A stretch of 25,915 nt of DNA from Fibrobacteria bacterium (GTDB taxonomy: Bacteria; Fibrobacterota; Fibrobacteria; UBA11236). Location of the stretch: positions 1 through 25,915 of the forward strand of contig JBJHDK010000033.1 of the NCBI GenBank assembly GCA_050486505.1. Direction: 5' to 3'. This document shows positions 7,282-16,784 of this stretch, piece by piece. How positions within the stretch are numbered: the stretch's first letter is position 1; each line of letters begins with the position of its first letter. Position numbers and translations under genes: made by a program. Under the pieces are notes generated by a model. The model saw only the letters and a program-made list of their open reading frames with translations, was not told where the DNA came from and did no database searches.

Positions 7282-10200
7282 TTATCGTCCATGCCCGAGG
7301 GAAATGGCGCGTTGCGTGTGACGGATCCTTTTTCCGTCCCGCAGTTGCGTCACATGGACGACGTACAGGCCCGCGGAGACGTGCCCGCCCGTCGAGGTTC
7401 GTCCGTCCCAGCTGATCTCGGTGGGTGCGTGGGTGCCGGGGCGCACCGTCGCGGACCAGACCGCACGCCCGTGGATGTCCACGATCGTCATCGTGATTTC
7501 CGCGGAGGGCTCTCCTGCGGGAATCCGGAATGCGTATTCACGTTGTCGCCCCGTCACCCTGAAGACGAGGGGGCGAGGCGCGATGGATGCCGGGATGGTC
7601 ACCTCGATGCGGACGTGTGTGGTCGCGAAGCCTCCAGGGTTGGAGGCCGTGACGGTATAGAGCGTGGGCGGGGTGGCCTGTGCCGGGATACCCGCGATGA
7701 TTCCGGTGGTCGTGTCGAACGCGAGCCCGGCCGGGAGCGCCGGAGTGATCGCCCATGAGGCGACGCTGCCCACGACCGATGGAACCAGCGAGGCGATGGC
7801 GGAATCCCTGGTGAACAGCACCGTATCCGGAGAATATGCGAGCCCGGCGGGAGCCGCAGGGTGCACCGTGATGTTCAGGAATGCGGTGTCCACGCCGCCG
7901 GGGCCGGTGCCGACGATCACGTAGGCGGTCGCCGGGGCGGGTGTCGTCGGTGTTCCCGTGATGCTGCCGGTCGCGGGGTTCAGTGCGAGCCCGGGCGGCA
8001 GCGCCGCGCCCGCCGAATACTCCGTGACCGGTCCGCCCGTCGAGGTCGGGAGCCACTCCTCGATGCCGGTATTCTGGGTGAAGGTGCGCGCTCCCCCGTA
8101 GGAGACGGAAGGACGCGCGTTCGGGATCACGTGGACTGAGGGGACTGACGCCGGCCCCGCCCCCGCGGCATTGGCCGCCGTGACGGTGAAGATGTATGAC
8201 ATCCCGTTGGTCAGCCCCGTGACGGTGCAGGAGAGCGGCCCTTCCGTCCATGTGCAGGTTTGTCCTCCGGCGGGGGTGGTCACGGTGTAGGCCGTGATGG
8301 CCGCGCCGCCGTCGGAGGCGGGTGCGGTCCACGACACGACGACTTGCGCGTTGCCGGGGATCGCGATCACGCCGTAAGGCGCGCCCGGTAGCGTGCGCGG
8401 GGCGACGGGCGCCGATGGGGAAGAAGGTTGGCTTGCGCCCGCGATGTTCGAGGCCGTGACGGTGAAGGTGTAGGGCGTGCCGTTCGCAAGCCCGGTGATG
8501 TCGCACTGCGTGCTGTCGCCGCCCGTGGTGCATTGGGCGTTTCCGGGCGATGCCGCGACGAGGTATGACGTGATCGTTGCGCCCCCGGAGTCCTCGGGCG
8601 GGCTCCAGGAAATCGTGACGTTGCCGTTGCCCGGGGCTCCCGTGACCGAGTGCGGGGCGCCCGGAACCGTGCGAGGCACGACGGCCGCGGAAGCTGGCGA
8701 CGCCTGGCCTGTTCCCGCGGCGTTCCCGGCCCGAACGGTGAAGGTGTACGAAATGCCGTTCACGAGCCCCGCGACGATGCATGTCCTGGTTTCGGGATCG
8801 TTCGTCGTACACGTGGCGCCGTCTGGCGAGGCGATGACCGTGTACTCCGTGACCGGCGAACTTCCCTGGTCGTCGGGAGCATTCCAGGTGACCGTGACGC
8901 TTCCGTCTCCCGGCATCCCCGAAACCGTTCCGGGAGGGCCGGGTGCTCCCTCGGGGGCCAAGGGAATGACGGTTCCGGAAGGCTCCGATGGCGCGCCAAG
9001 CCCCGCCGAATTCAGGGCGCGCACCGTGAATGTATAGGCGGTCTCCGCGATCAACCCCGTGATGACGCACGACAGTGCGGTGGTCGTGATGCAACTCCCG
9101 CCACCTGGAGCCGCCGCTGCGATGTATCCGGTGACCGGGGCTCCGCCGTTGAACGCGGGGGCCTCCCATGAAACCGTTGCTTCTGCGTTGCCCGCGACCG
9201 CGACGACCGCCGTCGGCGCATCCGGCACCGTGCGCGGTGAGATCGGCGGGGTGGGGTTGGACGGGCTTCCCGTGCCGAAGATGTTGGTGGCGGTGACGGC
9301 GAATGTGTATGCCGTTCCGTTGGTCAGTCCCGTGACGATGCAGGTGAGCGGTCCTTCCGTCCACTGGCATGTCGCCCCCCCGGGCGCGGCGGTGACGGTG
9401 TAGCCGGTGATCGGAGAGCCGCCGTCCAAATCCGGTGGGTTCCACGACACGGTGACGCTCGCGTCCCCGGTCACGCGCGCGACGCTCGTGGGGGCACCGG
9501 GGGGGCCGAGGGGAACGACTGGGGCGGAGGCGTTCGAAGCCGGACCGGTGCCCGCGTCGTTGGTGGCGGTGACGGTGAAGGTGTGCGCCGTTCCGTTGGC
9601 CAGCCCCGTGACGGTGCATGAGAGCGGTCCTTCGGTCCACTGGCATGTCGCCCCCCCGGGTGAGGCGGTGACGGTGTATGCGGTGATCGTCCCGCCTCCG
9701 TCGGAGGCCGGCGTGTCCCACGTGATCACCGCCTGCGCGTTGCCGGGGGTCGCGACGACGTTTGCGGGCGCGCCCGGGGTCGTTCTCGGGGTGACGGAGC
9801 CGGATCCTTGGGAAGGCTCGCCGCTCCCGATGACGTTGGTCGCGACCACGGCGAAGGTGTAGGCGGTCCCGTTCGTCAGGCCCGTCACCGTGCATTGCAG
9901 CGGACCGCCGTTCCACTGGCACGTCGCTTCTCCGGGAGAGGCCGTGACGACGTACTCCGTGATCACTCCTCCTCCGTCGGAGGCCGGCGCCGTCCAGGTG
10001 ACGAGCACGTTTCCGTTTCCCGGCGCTCCGGAGACGTTTCCCGGCGCTCCGGGAACGGTCCTGGGCGTGACCGCCGACGAGGACACGGAGGGGGGGCTCG
10101 TGCCCGCGACATTGGTCGCGGTGACGGTGAAAGTGTAAGCGGTTCCGTTCGCCAGTCCCGTCACCGTGCAGGTCGTGGTCGTTCCGTTCGGCGACTGGCA

Positions 10201-12486
10201 TGCGGCTCCGCCCGGGGATGCCGTGGCGGTGTATCCGGTGATCGGGGCTCCTCCGTTGTTGAGCGGAGCGGTCCACGACACGGCGACCTGGGCGTTTCCT
10301 GGAATGCCGAAGGTGCCCGTGGGGGCGTCGGGCGGGGATGCCAGCACGGCGATCGGCCAGGCCGTTGAATCCGCCGTGGTGCCGTGATATGCGGGACATG
10401 ACCCAGGCCGCACGGAGCCGCTTGTGCTCGTGACCTTCCCCGTTCCCGCCGCGTTGTATGCCGCGGTGATGTGCGCGTCGGAACGCAGGCCCGAAAGGGA
10501 CTGGATGGTGCTTCCCGACGCGGGAATGCGGGTGAGGTTCTGCAGCGCCTGCACCCGCACGTGGGCATGCATGTCGTTGACGGCGCACTGGTCGCGCAAT
10601 GAGGCGTAGGAGGCGGCCGTGGCCGGCATGGCCAGCGGCACGTTGCGTCGCACCGTCCATGCCGGGTGGAGCAGCAGTTGCCGAAGAACGGGGTCCCAGC
10701 GGGCGGGGTTGGCGCGGAACTCCTTCATGCCTTCGAGCGTCCAAAGCGCATGCAGGACGGGGCCGTTGATGCCCACGGCATCGACATGGCGGTTGTTGAG
10801 AAGGATGTCCTCGAGCGTGTTCAGCAAGGCCTCCCTTTCCGCGCCGGTGTGCGATCGCGTGATCAGCAAGCGCTGGGCGTGCAGGCGCCAGCCGAAGTTG
10901 GGGTTCCAGAAGGTCTGCACCAACTCCGTAAGATTTGCGGTGGAGAGGTCGAGCACCGGTTCGGTCGCGCCGTTCGCGGGGATGATGCGGTACAGGCGCG
11001 TGCGCGATTTCGCCCGCAGCGGGTGACGGTACGCCCTGTTGGTGGCGGGGGTCGCAGGGTTGTGCAGGAACAGATAATTGTACCAGTCGAGCACCCAAAG
11101 GCCCCCGTCAGGTCCGGTGCGTGCCTTGAGAGGCGCCGTCCAGGCATCAGTGGACGCGAAAATGTTCGATCGGGCGGGGCCCGGCATGCGTATCGCGCTC
11201 CAGGAACTCCCGTTGAGAACAAGGCTGTCCTGGTTGCAAAGCTTGGTGGAACCGTCGCAGACGAAAGCGAAGCGGTTCCAATACTTCTGCGGGAGCAGGC
11301 GCGAGGTATAAAAGTCGTGGCCGGTCGTGGCAGTGCTTGTGGACACGCGAAAACCGCCGCGCGTGGCGGTGTTGGAGCCTTCCCAATAGTAGGCGTCGTC
11401 GGTCACCGGGTAATACACATGGCCGTCTCCCGCGTTGTTCGTGTTGCAGCTGGGATTGCCAACGAGGATGCTCTGGGCATCCACGCCCTGACGCACCTGA
11501 TGGTTCGAGTGGGATGCGCACGTGGCACCTGATTTGAACCATTGTCCGTCTTCCATCTGGCCGATGCCGTGCGCATTGGCGGGGCCTCCGGTGCCGATCA
11601 CCTCGAACAAGGTGGTGTCCGAGCCGATCGCGGTGTGCTTGAAGCGGTAGATGTTTCCGTTACCGCAGCTTCCCGTCCTGATGCCGCCGGAAATGCTCAC
11701 GCCGGTGCCTCCGCAGCCATTGTAGCCGGTGTGACCGTAAATCCAGTTGTCGAGGCCCATGGTGAGACTGTTGGGCTGTCCGTGGGAATCGAAGTCGGCG
11801 CCCGTCGATCCCATGCCCGAAACCAGCACCTGGGGAGTGCCCGCCACGTCGGTTCCGTCCAGATTGGGGATGAAAACGATGTAAGGGGGAACCGAGACGA
11901 TCACGCCGCCATGCACGACTTCGATGCTGGTGGGAATGGCGAGCCCCGTGTAGAAAACCTTGAAGTTGTTCATGGCGCCGTCCCCGTTGGTGTCTTCCAG
12001 GATGACGATGCGCGATGCTCCGCTGGTATAACGGCCCGTTCCCGTGGGGGGATTGGCAAAAGTCGTGGCCGTGCTGTTATGCGTGTACGGATAGTCCCGA
12101 CTGTCGATGGCCCACACGCGACCGCGCTCGTCGAACGTGAAATGCATCAGATAGGCGAGCGGTGCGCCTGCCGGCCCGGGCGTCAGTTCCGAAGCCACGA
12201 TTTGGGGCTTGAGGCCCGACGGAACCACCGCGCAGTTGATGGACTGTTGTGGCGTCAGCGGATTCTGGATTTCTCCCTGGGCCAAAAGCGCTTGCGAAGG
12301 GCGGTCACCATTGGTTCCTCCCCAGGTCGGGGCCTGGATGCTGACGGTTTGGCCGTTGTAGGTGCTGCTGCGAGTGAGGGTGGGACAGTTTCCCGTTTTC
12401 TCGATCGGCGCGGCGACCACGAACTCCGGCCCCAATCCGGCAACCAACAGCAGGGAGGCCCCCCCGATCCAGACACGCAATTCCAT
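7282..12486 (-). CDS. Large secreted protein: signal peptide + PVC-type putative dehydrogenase beta-propeller + HEAT-like helices + 8 FN3 + 2 putative Ig (He_PIG-like) + FlgD-Ig/T9SS-like C-terminal domain
   Basis: FDERGRVW, RIVILEDTNGDG, MGLDNWIYG, TGPDGGLWVLDWYN and LHALWTLEG resemble the TIGR02604-type domain. Eight ~92-aa FN3 repeats; LPPGLALNPATGSITGTP Ig repeats; IVDIHGRAV..WDGR..G..VSAGLY C-terminus. GAGGAG RBS. Confidence 0.88.
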   Translation of the reverse strand: MELRVWIGGASLLLVAGLGPEFVVAAPIEKTGNCPTLTRSSTYNGQTVSIQAPTWGGTNGDRPSQALLAQGEIQNPLTPQQSINCAVVPSGLKPQIVASELTPGPAGAPLAYLMHFTFDERGRVWAIDSRDYPYTHNSTATTFANPPTGTGRYTSGASRIVILEDTNGDGAMNNFKVFYTGLAIPTSIEVVHGGVIVSVPPYIVFIPNLDGTDVAGTPQVLVSGMGSTGADFDSHGQPNSLTMGLDNWIYGHTGYNGCGGTGVSISGGIRTGSCGNGNIYRFKHTAIGSDTTLFEVIGTGGPANAHGIGQMEDGQWFKSGATCASHSNHQVRQGVDAQSILVGNPSCNTNNAGDGHVYYPVTDDAYYWEGSNTATRGGFRVSTSTATTGHDFYTSRLLPQKYWNRFAFVCDGSTKLCNQDSLVLNGSSWSAIRMPGPARSNIFASTDAWTAPLKARTGPDGGLWVLDWYNYLFLHNPATPATNRAYRHPLRAKSRTRLYRIIPANGATEPVLDLSTANLTELVQTFWNPNFGWRLHAQRLLITRSHTGAEREALLNTLEDILLNNRHVDAVGINGPVLHALWTLEGMKEFRANPARWDPVLRQLLLHPAWTVRRNVPLAMPATAASYASLRDQCAVNDMHAHVRVQALQNLTRIPASGSTIQSLSGLRSDAHITAAYNAAGTGKVTSTSGSVRPGSCPAYHGTTADSTAWPIAVLASPPDAPTGTFGIPGNAQVAVSWTAPLNNGGAPITGYTATASPGGAACQSPNGTTTTCTVTGLANGTAYTFTVTATNVAGTSPPSVSSSAVTPRTVPGAPGNVSGAPGNGNVLVTWTAPASDGGGVITEYVVTASPGEATCQWNGGPLQCTVTGLTNGTAYTFAVVATNVIGSGEPSQGSGSVTPRTTPGAPANVVATPGNAQAVITWDTPASDGGGTITAYTVTASPGGATCQWTEGPLSCTVTGLANGTAHTFTVTATNDAGTGPASNASAPVVPLGPPGAPTSVARVTGDASVTVSWNPPDLDGGSPITGYTVTAAPGGATCQWTEGPLTCIVTGLTNGTAYTFAVTATNIFGTGSPSNPTPPISPRTVPDAPTAVVAVAGNAEATVSWEAPAFNGGAPVTGYIAAAAPGGGSCITTTALSCVITGLIAETAYTFTVRALNSAGLGAPSEPSGTVIPLAPEGAPGPPGTVSGMPGDGSVTVTWNAPDDQGSSPVTEYTVIASPDGATCTTNDPETRTCIVAGLVNGISYTFTVRAGNAAGTGQASPASAAVVPRTVPGAPHSVTGAPGNGNVTISWSPPEDSGGATITSYLVAASPGNAQCTTGGDSTQCDITGLANGTPYTFTVTASNIAGASQPSSPSAPVAPRTLPGAPYGVIAIPGNAQVVVSWTAPASDGGAAITAYTVTTPAGGQTCTWTEGPLSCTVTGLTNGMSYIFTVTAANAAGAGPASVPSVHVIPNARPSVSYGGARTFTQNTGIEEWLPTSTGGPVTEYSAGAALPPGLALNPATGSITGTPTTPAPATAYVIVGTGPGGVDTAFLNITVHPAAPAGLAYSPDTVLFTRDSAIASLVPSVVGSVASWAITPALPAGLAFDTTTGIIAGIPAQATPPTLYTVTASNPGGFATTHVRIEVTIPASIAPRPLVFRVTGRQREYAFRIPAGEPSAEITMTIVDIHGRAVWSATVRPGTHAPTEISWDGRTSTGGHVSAGLYVVHVTQLRDGKRIRHTQRAISLGHGR
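8116..10335 (-). repeat. Intragenic array of 8 FN3-coding repeats (~276 nt period; boundaries approximate)
   Basis: Repeating P.AP..V....G...V.VSW..P...GG..IT.Y...C...C.V.GL.NG..YTF.V.A.N..G. 9346-9402 and 9622-9678 are nearly identical at the nucleotide level. Confidence 0.9.
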
Positions 12487-12565
12487 GCACGCGCTCCTCG
12501 TTCCGGCGTTGACCGTCGACCGCGACGATGCGCTGCGCGCACTTTCGGCGAATACGGGACGTCAC

Positions 12566-12600
12566 GCAATGTAAGGTGGCAAGGGCCGCGAATGTTCCGG
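12566..12600 (-). promoter_or_regulatory. Bipartite promoter-like motif CCGGAACAT-N18-TACATTGC upstream of propeller paralog 1
   Basis: Both boxes and the 18-nt spacing are identical upstream of paralog 2 (16693..16727), while the spacer sequence has diverged. Confidence 0.7.
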
Positions 12601-12759
12601 TTAATTACGCGCGACGTGGAATCCGTTGATTCCTGCGGAAAATGAAAGGTTCGCCCCGGATTTCGGAGGCGCGGGCAACAAAGCCCCCGCACCTGATCCC
12701 GGATCCGGACTCATGTCCATAAAGTCACGATTCGAATACGTTAATCACGACTCCCAACC

Positions 12760-12850
12760 CATAACTCATAACTCATAACCCATAACTCATAACCCATAAC
12801 TCATAACCCATAACTCATAACTCATAACTCATAACTCATAACTCATAACT
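12760..12850. repeat. Heptamer tandem repeat (CATAACT/C)x13
   Basis: Ten CATAACT and three CATAACC units; degenerate units (CCCAACC, CACGACT) continue leftwards; ends 5 nt from the ICMT stop codon. Confidence 0.97.
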
Positions 12851-12855
12851 CCCCC

Positions 12856-13311
12856 TCACATCCACCGCCGCGTGCGTTCACGGTAGGAGCGGTAGCCCTC
12901 GCCGAACCGTTGTTCGAGGATCTCCTCCTCGCGCGCGATGACGACGCGGTTCATCGCGATGATGAGCAGGGGGAGAAGAACGATCCCCCATCCGGAGTTC
13001 ATCCATGCCGCGAGACCGAGATAAATCCAGAGAAAGGCGAAGTAGATCGGGTTGCGCGAGCGCATGTACGGGCCGGTGGTCACCAGCGCGGAAGGTTCCC
13101 GGTACGGGCTCGGTGACGTTCCCGCCTTCTTCAGGGCGCGCAATGCGCCGAAGAAGAGCAAAAGGCCTCCCAGCGACAGAAAGAGCGCCGGGATGGCATG
13201 GAGGCCGTCCGGAAGCAGCGGCAAGGCGAAGCCGCGCTGCAGCAGCCATGTTGCGGCGAGGAATGCCGCGAACAACAGGGGAGGAGGAACGGGAGGACGG
13301 GGGGCCGGCAT
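12856..13311 (-). CDS. Isoprenylcysteine carboxyl methyltransferase (ICMT/PEMT/Ste14) family membrane protein
   Basis: LVTTGPYMRSRNPIY and REEEILEQRFGEGYRSY..RTRRW motifs; multiple TM helices; ATG 13311 preceded by GAAGGG. Confidence 0.9.
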   Translation of the reverse strand: MPAPRPPVPPPLLFAAFLAATWLLQRGFALPLLPDGLHAIPALFLSLGGLLLFFGALRALKKAGTSPSPYREPSALVTTGPYMRSRNPIYFAFLWIYLGLAAWMNSGWGIVLLPLLIIAMNRVVIAREEEILEQRFGEGYRSYRERTRRWM

Positions 13312-13407
13312 GGGGTTTCCCTTCGTTGGGGGTTCCGTCAAAGGTACGGAACCCCGCCGGCGCGTCAACCCGAAGGATCCCCGCAGCAGGGATCGCAGGC
13401 GCCGGGA

Positions 13408-16400
13408 TCACTCCGGAAGCAGGATCACCCCCTGCAACTCCCTCGCCGCGCCCGCGCCTTCACGATCCACCGCGACGCGCGCCACGTACATGCCGGGAGC
13501 TGCGACTGCGCCCGTCGCGGTGCGGCCGCTCCAGGTGATGACGCGCGCATCGTCGCGTTCGGCCCCGGAAGTCGCGCTCCAGATCGTGCGTCCCCACAGG
13601 TCGGTGATGGTCAGCGTGGCGCGTCCCGTCGTGCCGTCGGGCAGCGCGAAGGCGTAGCTTCGGCGCTGTCCGTTGACGCGGAAGGCGCCTGCGCCGGGAC
13701 GGATGCCCGCCGGCTCCGTGATCTCGATGCGCACCGAGGCGCTGACGCTGCCCGTCGCGTTGGCCGCGGTGACGTTGTAAATCGTCGGGGGAGCGACGAC
13801 GAGGGCGATGCCCACGATCGAGCCGTCCGTGGTGTTGAACACCAGCCCGGCGGGGAGGGGCGGTTCGATCGACCAGGTGGTCACCACTCCCGTCACCGTC
13901 GGCACGACGCCCTCGACCACCGCGTCGCGCGGAAAGGCGACGTTGACAGGATCGTAATACAGGTCGCGCGGTGCCCTCGGATTGACGACGATGCCGACGA
14001 CGGCGGTGTCCGAGCCTCCGGGACCCGTGGCGATGATCTGGCGGATGACCGCCGGGGAGTGCTGCGACGGAGTCCCCATGATCGCGCCTGATGTCGCGTC
14101 GAGGATGAGCCCGGCGGGCAGGGGCGCCACGGCCGAGTAGCCGGTGACCGGCCCGCCGGTCGAGATGGGCAGGAGGGTGTTGATGGCGACGCCTTCCACC
14201 ATGGCCTCGGTGATCTCATAGCGGATCGAGGGGCGCTGGGCGGGCGCATTGGTGGGAGTGATCGGTCCGACCGGGTTCGAGGACGGTCCGGTACCGCCTC
14301 CGTTGGTCGCGGTGATCGTGAAGGTGTAGGGGGTGCCGTTGGCCAGTCCCGCCACCGCGCAGGTGTAGTTCCCCGTGGTCCATGCGCAGGTGGCGCCACC
14401 GGGCGCGGCGGTGACGGTGTATCCCGTGATCGGGGTTCCCCCCGTGAAAGCGGGAGGCTGCCAGGTCAGAACGACTTCGCCGGAATTGCCCGCCATGGCG
14501 ATGACGGATGCCGGGGGGCCCGGCGGCAGGCTGGCGACTTCGACGGGGAAGGCCACCGAGTCGGGGCCTGACGCGAAGTACGCCGGACAATCGAGGGGGC
14601 GGTCGCTGCCGGTCGCATTCCCGACCTTGGTGCCGCCGGCGTGGGTGTAGGCCCCGGTGATGTGGTTGTCGGATCGGAGGCCTGAAACCGACTGGATGAG
14701 GCTGCCCGAAACCGGAATGCGCGCGAGGTTGTGGAGCGCCTGCACGCGCACGTGCGGATGGGAATCGTTCACCGCGCAGTGTTCGCGCAAGGCCGCGTAG
14801 GAAGCGCCGGTGGCGGGCATGGCGATCGGCACGTTGCGGCGCACCGTCCAGGCCGGATGCAGGAGCAGGTCTTTCAGCACGGGGTTCCAGCGTGCTGAAT
14901 CCGCGCGGAACTCCTTCATCCCTTCGGCCGTCCACAGTGCGTGGAGCACGGGCCCGTTGATGCCGGCGGCGTCGACGCGGCGGTTGTTGCGCAGGACGTC
15001 CTCGAGCATGTCGAGCAGCGCCGCGCGTTGCGCGCCGTTGCGCGTCTTCCCGATCAACAGGCGCTGGGCGTGCAGGCGCCAGTGGAAGTTCGGGTTCCAG
15101 AACGTCGCCACGAGCTCCGCGTCGGAAGCCTGCGAGAGATCAAGCACGGGTTCCGTCGCACCGTTCTCGGGGATGATGCGATACAGGCGGGTGCGGCTCT
15201 TCGCGCGCAGGGGGCTTTGCCACGCCGCGTTGGTGGAAGGCCCCGCGGGGTTGTGCAAGAAGAGGTAGTTGTACCAGTCCGCCACCCAGATGCCTCCGTC
15301 GGGCCCGGTGCGCGCCATCAACGGAGCCGTCCACGCATCGCGCGAGGCGAAGATGTTGGGAATCCGGTTCGGCGGGTAAAGGCGATGCGCCGCCCAGGTG
15401 CCTCCGTTCACCACGAGGCTGTCCTGGTTGCACTGCTTCGTCGCGCCCTGGCAGGCGAAGGCGAAGCGGTTCCAGTAGCGTTGCGGCAGGAGCCGGGACG
15501 TGTAGAACCCGTGTCCGCTCACGGCGGTGCTGCCTCCCGAGTAGTAGTCGCCGACCGGGTTCCGGCCCCCCTCCCAGAGGTACAGATCGGGCGTGAAGGC
15601 GTAGAACTGGCTGGTGCCGGGCCCCCCCGATGCGTTGCGGATGTCCGTGGCGCCGATGCCCGGTCGCACCTGGTGGTTCGAATGGGACGTTCCCGTGGCT
15701 CCCGATTTGAACCACTGCCCGTCTTCCATCTGGCCGATGCCCCAGGCGTTCGCGGGACCACCGGTTCCGTAAACCTCGAACAACGTGGTGTCGGACCCGA
15801 TGGCGGTGTGCTTGAAGCGCCAGATGTTGCCGCTGCCGCAGTTTCCCGACGCCGTGCCGCCCGCGATCGTGACTCCCGTTCCCCCGCACTGGTTGTAGCC
15901 GGTGTGTCCGTAGATCCAATTGTCGAGACCGTAGGTGAGGTTGCTCGGCTGGCCGTGGGTGTCGTACCCGGCGCCGGTCGATCCCATGTTCGACACGAGG
16001 ATCTGCGGGGTTCCCGCGACGTCGTTTCCCAGGTTGGGGATGAAGAGCACGTAGGGCGGAACCGTGGTGATGACGCCTCCGTTGACGACCTCGATGCTGC
16101 CCGGCACGACGAGGCCGCTGTAGAAAACCTTGAAGTGATTCATGGCGCCGTCGCCGTTGGTGTCTTCCAGAATCACGATGCGCGATTGCCCCTGGGTGAG
16201 GCGGCTGGTGCCGGTGGGCAAGGTGGACCACGAGGTGTGCGTGCTGTTGTGCGTGTAGGGGTAGTCGCGGGTGTCCACCGCCCAGATGCGCCCGCGCTCG
16301 TCGAAGGTGAAGTGCATGAGGTAGGCGAAGGGGGTTGCGTCGGGACCCGGAGTGAGTTCGGAGGCGACGATTTGCGGCTTTAAGCCGGGGGGAACCCTGA

Positions 16401-16645
16401 CGCAGTTGATCGACTGTTGCGGGGGCAGGGGGTTCTGGATCCCCCCGAGGGCCAGCATTTCAGAGGGAGGGGTCGAGCCCGGCCACGAGGCGTTTTGCAT
16501 CGGAACCTGCTGGCCGTTGTACATGTCGCTACGCGTCAGGTCCGGGCGCGCCTGTTTGTTCGATGGGAGCGGCGCCTGCTGTTTCACAGGTCAGCAAAAA
16601 AACGGAAAGTGCGCCGAAAACGGCGGAAACACGTACAGCGGGCAT
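13408..16645 (-). pseudogene. Paralog 2 of the secreted propeller protein (1 FN3 + 2 Ig + C-terminal domain), frameshifted just after the signal peptide
   Basis: Body ORF 13408..16587 is colinear with paralog 1. The signal peptide MPAVRVSAVFGALSVFLLTCETAGAAPIEQTG (ATG 16645, AAGGA RBS) is in another frame and stops at 16529. The shift is at ~16546-16549 and could also be a sequencing error. Confidence 0.8.
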
Positions 16646-16692
16646 GGAAGTCCTTGAAAGCGGGCAGGTTTTTTGTGGAAAGGGCGGAACAG

Positions 16693-16727
16693 GCAATGTA
16701 CTCCTGAACCGGCCGGTCATGTTCCGG
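16693..16727 (-). promoter_or_regulatory. Bipartite promoter-like motif CCGGAACAT-N18-TACATTGC upstream of propeller paralog 2
   Basis: Identical boxes and spacing to 12566..12600. Confidence 0.7.
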
Positions 16728-16784
16728 ATTTCGCGCACTGGCCGCGTTCCGGGCAACCCTCCCCGAAATGGGCCTCGAAGAGGC

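Noticed and set aside
7538..11098. 1186-aa alternative-frame ORF inside the large propeller gene
   Set aside because: Arg/His/Gly-rich shadow frame caused by high GC3 and Thr-rich repeats; no motifs.
12760..12850. Possible CRISPR array or telomere-like repeat
   Set aside because: 7-nt units with no spacers and no cas genes; internal location and not a TTAGGG-type unit.
16596..16602. T7 homopolymer in the paralog 2 signal peptide as the phase-variation site
   Set aside because: Homology to paralog 1 (APIEQTG) continues in the signal-peptide frame past this run, so the lesion is downstream at ~16546-16549.
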